Position numbers and translations under genes: made by a program | Notes under the pieces: generated by a model | Told to the model about the DNA's origin: nothing | The model's database searches: none | What the model saw: the letters and a program-made list of their open reading frames with translations, nothing else | Shown: piece after piece, positions 36,542 through 46,363 of the stretch | How positions within the stretch are numbered: position 1 is the stretch's first letter | Layout of the letters: every line of letters starts with the position of its first letter | NCBI GenBank assembly: GCA_001824555.1 | Contig: MHXU01000100.1 | Location: forward strand, 1 to 48,944 | Direction of reading: 5' to 3' | Origin: Planctomycetes bacterium GWC2_45_44 | GTDB taxonomy: Bacteria > Planctomycetota > Phycisphaerae > Sedimentisphaerales > UBA12454 | Length of the DNA: 48,944 bases

Positions 36542-38647
36542 ATGAGTGAATGTTGTGAGTCCATAGTATCATTGTTCGGTACGAATGTTTTTAACGATGT
36601 AACAATGAGAGAACGGCTGCCAAAGAACGTCTATAAGGAATTTAAAAAGACGATGGCGGAAGCTCGATTTCTCGATTCGGCGCTGGCTGATGTCGTAGCC
36701 AACGCTATGAAAGACTGGGCGATTGAAAAGGGCGCGACGCACTTTTGCCACTGGTTTCAGCCGATGACAGGTCTGACCGCTGAAAAGCACGATTCATTTA
36801 TATCGCCCACCGCCGAGGGCAGGACGATAATGGAATTCAGCGGCAAGGAACTGACGCAGGGCGAGCCTGACGCTTCGAGTTTTCCATCGGGCGGATTGCG
36901 GGCGACTTTCGAGGCAAGGGGCTATACCGCATGGGACTGCACGAGTCCTGCGTTTATTAAAGAAACCGGCAAAAACATTACGCTTTATATTCCCTGCGCA
37001 TTCTGTTCGTACACCGCGGAAGCTTTGGATAAGAAAACCCCCCTGCTCAAGTCGATGGACGCTTTAAATGTGCAGGCGACGAGAGTTCTTAAGGCTCTGG
37101 GCGGCACTTCAAAAAGCGTAGCGGCAACATTGGGGCCGGAACAGGAATACTTTCTGATTGACAAAAAGCTGGCGGAAAAACGGCTTGATATTATGCTCAC
37201 GGGCAGAACGCTGTTCGGAGCATCTTCGCCAAGGGGTCAGGAGATGAGCGACCATTATTTCGGCGCTCTGCACGAAAGAGTAGCCTCTTATATGCACGAC
37301 TTGAATGTCGAGTTGTGGAAGCTCGGCGTAGCGGCCAAAACGCAGCATAACGAAGTATCGCCAGCACAATATGAGCTTGCTCCGGTGTTCGCGACCGTCA
37401 ACGTGGCGACAGACCACAATCAGCTCGTTATGGAAACGATGCAGAAGGTGGCATTGAGACATAATATGGTATGCCTGCTGAACGAAAAACCGTTCTCCGG
37501 CGTGAATGGTTCGGGCAAACATAACAACTGGAGCATGGTAACCGACGACGGGGTAAATCTGCTCGAGCCGGGCAGTACACCTCATGACAATATGGTGTTT
37601 TTGGTAATGCTCTGCGCGGTAATGCGTGCGGTTGACAAATACTCAAAACTGCTCCGCGCAAGCGTAGCGACGGCGGGCAACGACCATCGCCTCGGGGCGC
37701 ACGAGGCTCCTCCGGCGATTGTGTCGATATTCCTGGGCGACCAGCTTATGGACATTATAGAGCAATTAGCATCAGGCGGAGCGAAGTCGTCAAAAGCAGG
37801 CGGACAATTAAAGCTCGGCGTTTCCACGCTGCCGCAACTGCCGAAAGACAGCACCGACAGGAACAGAACGTCTCCTTTCGCGTTCACAGGAAACAAATTT
37901 GAATTCCGTATGGTCGGCTCAAGTCAGTCAACGGCAGGCCCGATGTTCGTGCTGAACACAATCGTCGCCGATACGCTGAAAGAAATCGCCGACGAACTCG
38001 AAAAATCCACAAACGTCAAGACCAGCGTGCAGAAGATTCTGCAAAAAATCGCAAAAGACCACAAAAAGATTGTGTTCAACGGCGACAATTATACCGAAGA
38101 ATGGGCAAAGGAAGCGGCAAAACGCGGTCTGCCGAATATCAAGTCAACCGTTGAATCTATCGAAACAATTACGGATGCCGAGAACGTCGAACTTTTCAAA
38201 ACTCACAAAGTTTTGACAAAGGCGGAGTTGAAAGCAAGAGCCGAAATCCTGCTCGACGCTTACAGTATGACTATCAATATCGAAGCAAGGACAGCGGTGA
38301 GCATCGCTCAAAGGCAGATTATCCCGGCGGCGATTGAGTATTCGGGAATTTTGGCTAAAACAATTAAGAACATCGGCAAGGCCGGCGTGGAGAGCGGCTC
38401 ACAGAAAAATATGCTCGAAAAAGTATGCGGACTGATTGACTCACTAAGCAACGCGACCGAATGTCTGAAAAATGCGGCTTGTCAGGCAAATAGCATTGAC
38501 AACACGGCGAAAAAAGCGGAAAATTACCGCGATGTCGTCAAGCCGGCGATGGCACTCGTGCGAAAAGCGGCTGATGAACTGGAAACGATGGTTGACGCAA
38601 AGATTTGGCCGCTGCCGACTTATGCGGAGTTGCTGTTTGTCAAATAA
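36542..38647 (+). CDS. glnN: glutamine synthetase type III
   Basis: 701 aa. GSIII-style N-terminus ([23 protein letters not shown]) and catalytic-region [10 protein letters not shown]. Confidence 0.9.
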   Translation: MSECCESIVSLFGTNVFNDVTMRERLPKNVYKEFKKTMAEARFLDSALADVVANAMKDWAIEKGATHFCHWFQPMTGLTAEKHDSFISPTAEGRTIMEFSGKELTQGEPDASSFPSGGLRATFEARGYTAWDCTSPAFIKETGKNITLYIPCAFCSYTAEALDKKTPLLKSMDALNVQATRVLKALGGTSKSVAATLGPEQEYFLIDKKLAEKRLDIMLTGRTLFGASSPRGQEMSDHYFGALHERVASYMHDLNVELWKLGVAAKTQHNEVSPAQYELAPVFATVNVATDHNQLVMETMQKVALRHNMVCLLNEKPFSGVNGSGKHNNWSMVTDDGVNLLEPGSTPHDNMVFLVMLCAVMRAVDKYSKLLRASVATAGNDHRLGAHEAPPAIVSIFLGDQLMDIIEQLASGGAKSSKAGGQLKLGVSTLPQLPKDSTDRNRTSPFAFTGNKFEFRMVGSSQSTAGPMFVLNTIVADTLKEIADELEKSTNVKTSVQKILQKIAKDHKKIVFNGDNYTEEWAKEAAKRGLPNIKSTVESIETITDAENVELFKTHKVLTKAELKARAEILLDAYSMTINIEARTAVSIAQRQIIPAAIEYSGILAKTIKNIGKAGVESGSQKNMLEKVCGLIDSLSNATECLKNAACQANSIDNTAKKAENYRDVVKPAMALVRKAADELETMVDAKIWPLPTYAELLFVK

Positions 38648-38678
38648 ACTATCAGAAAAGCGTAAAATTTGTTCAAAT

Positions 38679-38712
38679 AATGGCCGATTTTCTTCAAAAT
38701 CGGCCATTTTGT
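38679..38712 (+). terminator. rho-independent terminator after glnN
   Basis: aatggccgatttt-cttc-aaaatcggccatt, a perfect 13-bp stem running into a T tract. Confidence 0.75.
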
Positions 38713-38740
38713 AATCATATATTGCTGTTTTAGGGTAAAA

Positions 38741-41700
38741 ATGACAAAAGTTTTAACAGATTCTGGACTGTACGAAGTACGCAGAGAACACGATGCCTGC
38801 GGGATAGGCGCTGTTGTCAATATCTCCGGCAGAGTTGACCACTCTATTCTCGAATACGGCAAAGAAATTCTGCTGAACCTCCATCATCGCGGAGCGGCAG
38901 GCGCAGATGAAATCACAGGCGACGGCGCGGGAATTTTATTTCAGATTCCGCACGAGTTTTTTTTTGCCCAAAGCAAAAATCTCAAAATTGAACTCCCGCC
39001 GCAGGGCAAATATGCAGTAGCGCAGATATTTTCTCCAAAAGACAACGAACTTCATCAGAAATGTTTAAACATACTCGAACAGGCAGTTGAACTGCACGGA
39101 TTAAAAATTATCGGCGTTCGCGACGTGCCTGTCAAACCGGATTGTCTCGGCAAAATCGCTCTCGAAGCCGAGCCGCACATTTGCCAGCTCTTTATCGACA
39201 GTTGCGGAACAAAGCCGGACGAATTTGAAACTAAACTTTTCCTCGCACGCAAACGCACCGAAAAATTGGCGTTGGAAACATTCGGCGACGCGGCGAACGA
39301 TTTTTATATCTGTTCGATGAGCGGCAGGACAATCTGCTACAAGGGAATGTTTATGGCATGGCAGTTGTTCGCGTATTATCCCGACCTTGCCGATGAGACG
39401 ATGAAAAGCGCATTGGCAACGGTTCATCAGCGGTACAGCACGAATACATTTCCGAACTGGCGGCTTGCCCAGCCATTCCGCTGCATAGCTCACAACGGCG
39501 AAATCAACACGCTCATCGGCAATAAAAACAGTATGCAGAAACGCGAAAGTAAAATGGCCTGCGAAAAATTCGGCCAATATATGGCCGATTGTCTGCCGAC
39601 TCTTTTGCCGGGCGGGAGCGATTCGTCATATTTTGATAACGTTCTTGAACTGCTCGTTCAGGCGGGCAGGTCGATGCCGCACGCAATGATGATGATGATT
39701 CCCGAGGCGTTCGGCCAGAAGTATCACATCAGCGCGGACAAACGCGCGTTCTATGAATATCACGCTTCGATTATGGAGCCGTGGGACGGCCCGGCAGCGA
39801 TGGTCTTTACCAATGGTAGAATTATCGGCGGCACACTCGACCGAAACGGCCTGCGTCCGTGCAGGTATATCATTACGACAGACGGCCTTGCGATTCTGGC
39901 AAGCGAGGCAGGCGTAGTTGAATTTCCGCCCGAAAAAATTCAAAAGAAAGGCCGGCTTCAGCCAGGCAATATGTTTCTCGTCGATACCGTCGAGGGCAGA
40001 ATCGTTACCGACAACGAAGTCAAAAGCACAATCTCAAGACAGAAACCATACCGCCGCTGGCTGGAAGAAAATCGCATAGAACTTCGCGGCCTTTTCGACA
40101 GCCCGAAATTAATACACACCGATTCGGAAACAATTTTCCAGAGACTAAGAACATTCGGCTACACTCGCGAAGAATTAAAAATGGTTCTCCTGCCTATGGG
40201 TCTCAACGGTCAGGAGGCTGTCGGCTCGATGGGCAACGATGCCGCTCTTGCGGTTTTGAGCAATCAGTCCAAACTGCTGTTTAACTACTTTAAACAGTCG
40301 TTCGCACAGGTTACCAATCCGCCGATTGACCCTCTTCGCGAGGGATTAGTGATGAGCCTTATGGCTTTCACCGGCAAAAGGCCGAACGTCCTCGATGAAA
40401 CGCCGGAGCATTGCAGACAGTTGAAACTGCCTCATCCGATACTCACAAATGAAGACATTGAAAGGCTGCGCTCGGTAAAGCGCGACAATTTTAAGGTGGT
40501 TACAATTTCGGCTCTGTTCGATGCCGAGACAAACGACCCTGCTGGTTCACTTCGATTCGGCATTGACAGACTCGTCAACGACGCCAAAGCAGCGGTTAAA
40601 GCCGGCGCCTGTCTTTTGGTAATCAGCGACCGGCACGTTTCAAAAAGTATGGCTGCGATTCCTTCGCTACTGGCGACAGCGGCGGTTCATAACGCCCTGA
40701 TGAAAGCAGGTCTGCGAGCCGGCGCGGGCATTATCATTGAAAGCGGCGAACCGAGAGAAGTAATGCACTTCTGCCTGCTGTGCGGATACGGCGCAAACGC
40801 GGTCAATCCGTATTTGGCGTTCGAGTGTCTCGACGAACTGCAAAGAACCGGCGAACTGCCCGCAAAAATGGAGCCGGTTCAGATTGCCGATAATTTTATC
40901 GCCGCGATAAAAAAAGGCATTCTCAAAACAATGAGCAAAATGGGCATCTCGACATTGAGAAGCTACCACTCGGCGGGATTGTTCGAGGCAATCGGCCTTA
41001 ACAGTGAATTTATAAATGAATTTTTCACCGATACCAGCTCGCGAATACAGGGGGCAGGCCTTGAAGAAATAGCGAAAGAAACGCTGCTGCGTCATAACGC
41101 GGGCTTTGAGCCGAGAAAGAGCTCACAGCTTGAACTCGATTTCGGCGGCGATTATCACTATCGCAATCAGGGCGAAACGCACTTATGGAATCCGACGACG
41201 ATTGCCTGTCTTCAGCACGCAGTCAGAAACAGCGACCAGAAGGCTTATGACGAATATGCTAATGCCGTCAATGTGCAGGATAAAAAGCTCTGCACGCTTC
41301 GCGGACTTTTTGAATTTAAAAATGTCCCTGCCGAGCCGATTTCTATTGATGATGTCGAGCCGGCGGCGGAAATTGTAAAACGCTTCGTAACAGGCGCAAT
41401 GAGCCACGGCTCAATCAGCAAAGAGGCTCACGAATGCCTTGCGATGGCGATGAACAAAATCGGCGGTATGAGCAACACCGGCGAAGGCGGCGAAGACGAA
41501 GCACGATATATCGAAGTCGAAGGCCGGCCATCGAAAAACTGCGCAATTAAGCAAATCGCAAGCGGACGATTCGGCGTAACGATAAATTATCTTTCACACG
41601 CGAAGGAATTACAAATTAAAATGGCGCAGGGCGCAAAGCCCGGCGAAGGCGGCCAGCTCCCCGGCCACAAAGTTACCGAAGAAATCGCCAAACTGCGTCA

Positions 41701-43303
41701 TTCAACGCCCGGCGTAACGCTTATCTCTCCCCCGCCTCATCACGATATTTATTCTATCGAGGACTTGGCGCAACTGATATACGACCTTAAATGCAGCAAT
41801 CCAGGCGTAAAAGTTTCCGTAAAACTCGTCGCCGAGGTCGGTGTCGGCACGATTGCCGCAGGCGTGGCAAAGGGAAACGCCGATGAAGTTCTCATCAGCG
41901 GACACGACGGCGGAACAGGCGCAAGCCCATTAAGCTCGATTAAACATACGGGCATTCCGTGGGAACTCGGTCTTGCCGAGACGCAGCAGGTTTTGGTCGC
42001 GAACAATTTAAGGGACCGAATCGCAGTTCAGACCGACGGCCAGTTAAAAACCGGCAGAGACATCGTAATCGCCGCCCTGCTTGGCGCGGAGAGATTCGGA
42101 TTCGGCACAGCCGCTTTAGTTACGCTTGGCTGCACACTGCTTAGAAAATGCCACGAAGGGGCCTGTACTTTCGGCATCGCGACACAAGACCCTGAACTTC
42201 GCACAAGATTCGCGGGCAAGCCGGAGTACATCGAAAGGTTTATGTTCTTTGTTGCCGAGGAAGCCCGTAAAATTATGGCTCGGCTCGGTTTCAAAAAGTT
42301 TGATGATATGATTGGCAGAGTCGATATGCTCTGCACAAAAAGCGCGATTGAAAATTACAAAGCCAAAGGGCTTGATTTCTCGGCGATTTTCGCCCAGCCC
42401 GACGTTTCGGACGGCAGAGCGATTAGAAAAATCCATTCGCAGCCGAACAAGCTCGAAGACCATTTGGACTGGAAGATTCTGGAAAATATAAAATTCGCAA
42501 TCGACTGCGGACAAAAGGCGAAATTCTCGACACCGATTCGCAACATCAATCGAGCGGTCGGCGTTATTGTGAGCAATTACATCGCGAAAAAATACGGCTC
42601 GGCAGGACTGCCGGACGGCACAATCGAACTGGAATTCGCAGGCTCGGCAGGCCAGAGCTTCGGAGCGTTTTTATCGCCCGGAATCACAATGACGCTCGTC
42701 GGCCAGAGCAACGACTATCTGGGTAAAGGCCTTTCAGGCGGCAGAATAATCGTAAAAACGCCCGAAGGTTCATCGTTCATCGCCAGCGAAAATATCATCG
42801 CCGGCAACACGCTGCTATACGGCGCGACAAAAGGCGAAATATTTATAAATGGTATGGCAGGCGAAAGATTCGCCGTGCGGAACAGCGGAGTAACCGCAGT
42901 CGTCGAAGGCCTCGGCGACCACGGCTGCGAATATATGACCGGCGGAACGGTCGTCGTACTCGGAAAAACTGGATGCAATTTCGCAGCAGGTATGAGCGGC
43001 GGAATCGCTTACGTCCTCGATGAAATGCAGTTATTCGATACGCTCTGCAACCTCGATATGGTCGAACTCGAAAGTATAAAATCCGATGAAGACAAAAAAC
43101 TTCTCAAAGAACTTATCGAAAGACATTACAATTGGACGGCAAGCAGACAGGCTGAAAGAATTTTAAACTCCTGGAACGATATGCTCGGCAAATTCGTAAA
43201 AGTTGTTCCGATTGATTACAGAAAGTCGCTCGAAAAAATGAGAGCGGCTGAACAGCGGCATACAGAGACAACTCCGGCGACTGAAGAGGTATTCTATGGG
43301 TGA
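38741..43303 (+). CDS. gltB: glutamate synthase large subunit
   Basis: 1520 aa. Ntn amidotransferase Cys (HDACGIG), FMN/3Fe-4S central domains, C-terminal GXGXG beta-helix (GDHGCEYMTGG). Confidence 0.97.
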   Translation: MTKVLTDSGLYEVRREHDACGIGAVVNISGRVDHSILEYGKEILLNLHHRGAAGADEITGDGAGILFQIPHEFFFAQSKNLKIELPPQGKYAVAQIFSPKDNELHQKCLNILEQAVELHGLKIIGVRDVPVKPDCLGKIALEAEPHICQLFIDSCGTKPDEFETKLFLARKRTEKLALETFGDAANDFYICSMSGRTICYKGMFMAWQLFAYYPDLADETMKSALATVHQRYSTNTFPNWRLAQPFRCIAHNGEINTLIGNKNSMQKRESKMACEKFGQYMADCLPTLLPGGSDSSYFDNVLELLVQAGRSMPHAMMMMIPEAFGQKYHISADKRAFYEYHASIMEPWDGPAAMVFTNGRIIGGTLDRNGLRPCRYIITTDGLAILASEAGVVEFPPEKIQKKGRLQPGNMFLVDTVEGRIVTDNEVKSTISRQKPYRRWLEENRIELRGLFDSPKLIHTDSETIFQRLRTFGYTREELKMVLLPMGLNGQEAVGSMGNDAALAVLSNQSKLLFNYFKQSFAQVTNPPIDPLREGLVMSLMAFTGKRPNVLDETPEHCRQLKLPHPILTNEDIERLRSVKRDNFKVVTISALFDAETNDPAGSLRFGIDRLVNDAKAAVKAGACLLVISDRHVSKSMAAIPSLLATAAVHNALMKAGLRAGAGIIIESGEPREVMHFCLLCGYGANAVNPYLAFECLDELQRTGELPAKMEPVQIADNFIAAIKKGILKTMSKMGISTLRSYHSAGLFEAIGLNSEFINEFFTDTSSRIQGAGLEEIAKETLLRHNAGFEPRKSSQLELDFGGDYHYRNQGETHLWNPTTIACLQHAVRNSDQKAYDEYANAVNVQDKKLCTLRGLFEFKNVPAEPISIDDVEPAAEIVKRFVTGAMSHGSISKEAHECLAMAMNKIGGMSNTGEGGEDEARYIEVEGRPSKNCAIKQIASGRFGVTINYLSHAKELQIKMAQGAKPGEGGQLPGHKVTEEIAKLRHSTPGVTLISPPPHHDIYSIEDLAQLIYDLKCSNPGVKVSVKLVAEVGVGTIAAGVAKGNADEVLISGHDGGTGASPLSSIKHTGIPWELGLAETQQVLVANNLRDRIAVQTDGQLKTGRDIVIAALLGAERFGFGTAALVTLGCTLLRKCHEGACTFGIATQDPELRTRFAGKPEYIERFMFFVAEEARKIMARLGFKKFDDMIGRVDMLCTKSAIENYKAKGLDFSAIFAQPDVSDGRAIRKIHSQPNKLEDHLDWKILENIKFAIDCGQKAKFSTPIRNINRAVGVIVSNYIAKKYGSAGLPDGTIELEFAGSAGQSFGAFLSPGITMTLVGQSNDYLGKGLSGGRIIVKTPEGSSFIASENIIAGNTLLYGATKGEIFINGMAGERFAVRNSGVTAVVEGLGDHGCEYMTGGTVVVLGKTGCNFAAGMSGGIAYVLDEMQLFDTLCNLDMVELESIKSDEDKKLLKELIERHYNWTASRQAERILNSWNDMLGKFVKVVPIDYRKSLEKMRAAEQRHTETTPATEEVFYG

Positions 43304-44720
43304 GATAAAAGGTTTTTTAAACTATAAACGCAAAAAAACCGGATATAGGCCGATTGAGCAGCGAATCTGCGATTTCAAAGAGGTCGAGCTTGTCCTTACG
43401 CCTGACGATATTATCAAACAGGCCGCTCGATGTATTGACTGCGGAGTGCCGTTCTGCCACGGCGCGGGCTGTCCGCTGGGCAACAACATCCCGGAATTCA
43501 ACGATATGATTTATAAAGGCCGATGGCAAAAGGCCTGCGAGGTTCTTCACTCGACGAATAATTTCCCTGAAATTACAGGCCGAATCTGCCCCGCTCCCTG
43601 CGAAACTTCCTGTACGCTGGCGATAAACGATGAGCCTGTCTTCATCAGGCACATTGAATTTCAAATTGTCGAACGAGGTTTTGCCGAGGGCTGGATAAAG
43701 CCTGTTATTGCAGCGGAAAAAACCGGCAAAAGGGTCGCCGTCATCGGTTCCGGCCCGGCCGGTCTTGCCGCCGCTCAACAGCTTGCTCGAGCCGGACACA
43801 GCGTCGTCGTTTTTGAAAAAGACGCGAAGGTCGGCGGACTTTTGCGGTACGGCATACCTGATTTCAAACTTGATAAATCCGTCATCGACCGCAGAATCGC
43901 CCAGATGCTCGCCGAGGGCGTTGAATTTCAGACAGGCGTGGAAGTCGGCAAAGACATCTCCGCTCACTACCTCAATAAAATGTTCGATTGCATTTGCATT
44001 GCGATGGGCGCGGGCGTTCCGCGAGATTTGGCCGTGGCGGGCAGAGGCTACGAAAATGTTATCTTTGCGTGGGATTATTTGTCGCAGCAAAACAAACTCT
44101 GCTGCGGCGAACAACTTGAGGGCAGGGCAATTTCCGCAAAAAACAAATCCGTCGTCGTCATCGGCGGCGGAGACACCGGAAGCGACTGCATCGGAACTGC
44201 AAAAAGGCAAGGCGCAAAGCAGATTTACCAGCTCGAAATCCTGCCAAAACCGCCGGAAACAAGGCCACTCGACACGCCCTGGCCTATGTGGCCAAGAACT
44301 ATGCGGACATCGTCATCACACGAAGAAGGCTGTGAAAGAATGTGGAGCGTAAAAACCACAAAACTCTCCGGCACAGAGACAACCGTCAGCGAACTGCAGG
44401 GCTGTCAGGTCGAATGGCTCAAAACTCTCAAAGGCTGGGACATAAAAGAAAAAGACGGTTCGGAATTTACTATTAAGACCGACCTTGTTATACTGGCGAT
44501 GGGTTTTTTGCACGTTCAGTATGACGGGCTGGTAAAAGACCTGAATCTGAAGCTCGACGGACAGGGCAATATCGCGGCGAAAAATTTTCAGACCAGCAGG
44601 CCGGATGTTTTCGTCGCCGGCGATTCGACGCTCGGCGCTTCGCTTGTCGTAAAGGCAATCGACACCGGCAGAAAAGCAGCAGAACAGATAAATAACTGGT
44701 TATTAGGGCATAAAGCATAA
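43296..44720 (+). CDS. gltD: glutamate synthase small subunit (NAD(P)H)
   Basis: Fe-S Cys clusters (CIDCGVPFCH, CPAPCETSC), dinucleotide fold VAVIGSGPAGLAAA, 8-nt overlap with gltB. Confidence 0.95.
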   Translation: MGEIKGFLNYKRKKTGYRPIEQRICDFKEVELVLTPDDIIKQAARCIDCGVPFCHGAGCPLGNNIPEFNDMIYKGRWQKACEVLHSTNNFPEITGRICPAPCETSCTLAINDEPVFIRHIEFQIVERGFAEGWIKPVIAAEKTGKRVAVIGSGPAGLAAAQQLARAGHSVVVFEKDAKVGGLLRYGIPDFKLDKSVIDRRIAQMLAEGVEFQTGVEVGKDISAHYLNKMFDCICIAMGAGVPRDLAVAGRGYENVIFAWDYLSQQNKLCCGEQLEGRAISAKNKSVVVIGGGDTGSDCIGTAKRQGAKQIYQLEILPKPPETRPLDTPWPMWPRTMRTSSSHEEGCERMWSVKTTKLSGTETTVSELQGCQVEWLKTLKGWDIKEKDGSEFTIKTDLVILAMGFLHVQYDGLVKDLNLKLDGQGNIAAKNFQTSRPDVFVAGDSTLGASLVVKAIDTGRKAAEQINNWLLGHKA

Positions 44721-44721
44721 A

Positions 44722-46344
44722 TTGAAAATTGGTTTAGCACAAATAAATACCACTGTCGGAGACTTTGCAGCCAATTGCGATAAAATCCGGCAAATGTACG
44801 CACGCGCAAAACAGGCAGACGTTGATTTGCTTGTTTTTCCCGAATTATGTATTTGCGGTTATCCGCCGGAGGATTTACTTCTAAAGAAATCATTCCTCGC
44901 CGCCAACAAAAAAGCCGTTGAACAAATCGCCGCCGATTGTCCTGACATCGCCATAATTTTAGGTTTTGCTGAAGATGGCCAGCCCCTGCCGTATAACTCA
45001 CTTGCGGTTCTTGAGAATGGTAAAATCACAAAAATTTACAGCAAGGGGCTTTTACCGAACTACGGTGTTTTTGATGAGAAAAGATACTTTCAGCCGGGCA
45101 TCTCTCCGGTAGTAGTGAAAATAAAAGGCATTTCGATTGTCTGCACAATTTGCGAAGATATATGGGATGCCGACTGGCTGAAAAATTTCCTCACCGGCGT
45201 TGCCGAAAGAGATTTAATCGTAAATATCTCCGCATCGCCTTTCCACGCGGGCAAAATTAAAGAGAAACTCCTCGTAATCCACGACACCGCAAAAGCTCTG
45301 GGCTGCCCTGTGGCGTATTGCAATCTTGTCGGCGGTCAGGACGAACTGGTCTTTGACGGCAGGAGTATGATTATCGAATGCAGCGGAAAACTCGCCGCCT
45401 GCGCAAAGAGTTTCGATGAAGATTTGCTCGTCGCCGATGTTCACAAAGGCCAGAAAATCACATCCGTCTCAACGGAGTTGAGCGTTGATTATGCCGAAGA
45501 AGTTTATAACGCGCTGACGCTTGGCACGCGCGATTACGTCCGCAAAAACGGCTTCAAAAAAGTCCTCATAGGTTTAAGCGGCGGAATAGATTCCGCTCTG
45601 ACTGCCGCCATTGCCGCACAGGCTCTCGGCAGTGAAAACGTCATCGGAATCACAATGCCCACAAGATTCAACTGTGCTGAAACAATAACAGACGCTGAAA
45701 AATGCGCTAAAAATCTCGATATGGAATTTCACAATATCCCCATCGAGCAGATTTTGCGAAATTTTAACGACGAACTTACCAAAACCAAAGGCTGGAACGC
45801 TCAAGGCCTTGCTTACGAAAATCTTCAGGCTCGAATACGCGGCACAATTATGATGTCATTGAGTAATCAGTTCGGCTATATGGTACTGACCACCGGCAAT
45901 AAAAGTGAAACTGCCGTCGGCTATTCGACGCTCTATGGCGACACAGCGGGCGGCTTTGCCGTCATTAAAGATGTTCCGAAAACGCTTGTTTATCAGTTAT
46001 GCGACTACATAAATAAACGCTTCGGCAAAGAGATAATTCCGCAAAGCGTAATCGAGCGAGTGCCGACCGCCGAATTACGCCCCGGCCAGAAGGACAGCGA
46101 TTCACTGCCGCCCTACGACCTGCTCGATGCGATTTTGAAAGAGTATATTGAAGAAGAAAAATCTCTGCATGAACTTATCGCGCAGGGATTCAATGCTGAA
46201 ACCGCGACAAAAGTTATTAAAATGGTTGACCGCAATGAATACAAACGCCGGCAATGTCCGCCGGGGGTAAAAATTACGCCAAAGGCGTTCGGAAGGGACA
46301 GAAGAATGCCGATTACAAATCTTTATCGACAAAATAAATCATAA
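44722..46344 (+). CDS. nadE: glutamine-dependent NAD+ synthetase
   Basis: N-terminal CN-hydrolase domain (FPELCICGY, CEDIW) plus the C-terminal SGGIDS PP-loop. TTG start 1 nt after the gltD stop. Confidence 0.92.
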   Translation: MKIGLAQINTTVGDFAANCDKIRQMYARAKQADVDLLVFPELCICGYPPEDLLLKKSFLAANKKAVEQIAADCPDIAIILGFAEDGQPLPYNSLAVLENGKITKIYSKGLLPNYGVFDEKRYFQPGISPVVVKIKGISIVCTICEDIWDADWLKNFLTGVAERDLIVNISASPFHAGKIKEKLLVIHDTAKALGCPVAYCNLVGGQDELVFDGRSMIIECSGKLAACAKSFDEDLLVADVHKGQKITSVSTELSVDYAEEVYNALTLGTRDYVRKNGFKKVLIGLSGGIDSALTAAIAAQALGSENVIGITMPTRFNCAETITDAEKCAKNLDMEFHNIPIEQILRNFNDELTKTKGWNAQGLAYENLQARIRGTIMMSLSNQFGYMVLTTGNKSETAVGYSTLYGDTAGGFAVIKDVPKTLVYQLCDYINKRFGKEIIPQSVIERVPTAELRPGQKDSDSLPPYDLLDAILKEYIEEEKSLHELIAQGFNAETATKVIKMVDRNEYKRRQCPPGVKITPKAFGRDRRMPITNLYRQNKS

Positions 46345-46363
46345 AACACGGACGAAGTAAAAA

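Noticed and set aside
38700-38740. Sigma54 promoter upstream of gltB (ttgct at 38725-38729).
   Set aside because: No GG dinucleotide lies at the required 10-nt distance upstream of the GC. The only ggcc belongs to the terminator stem about 20 nt away.
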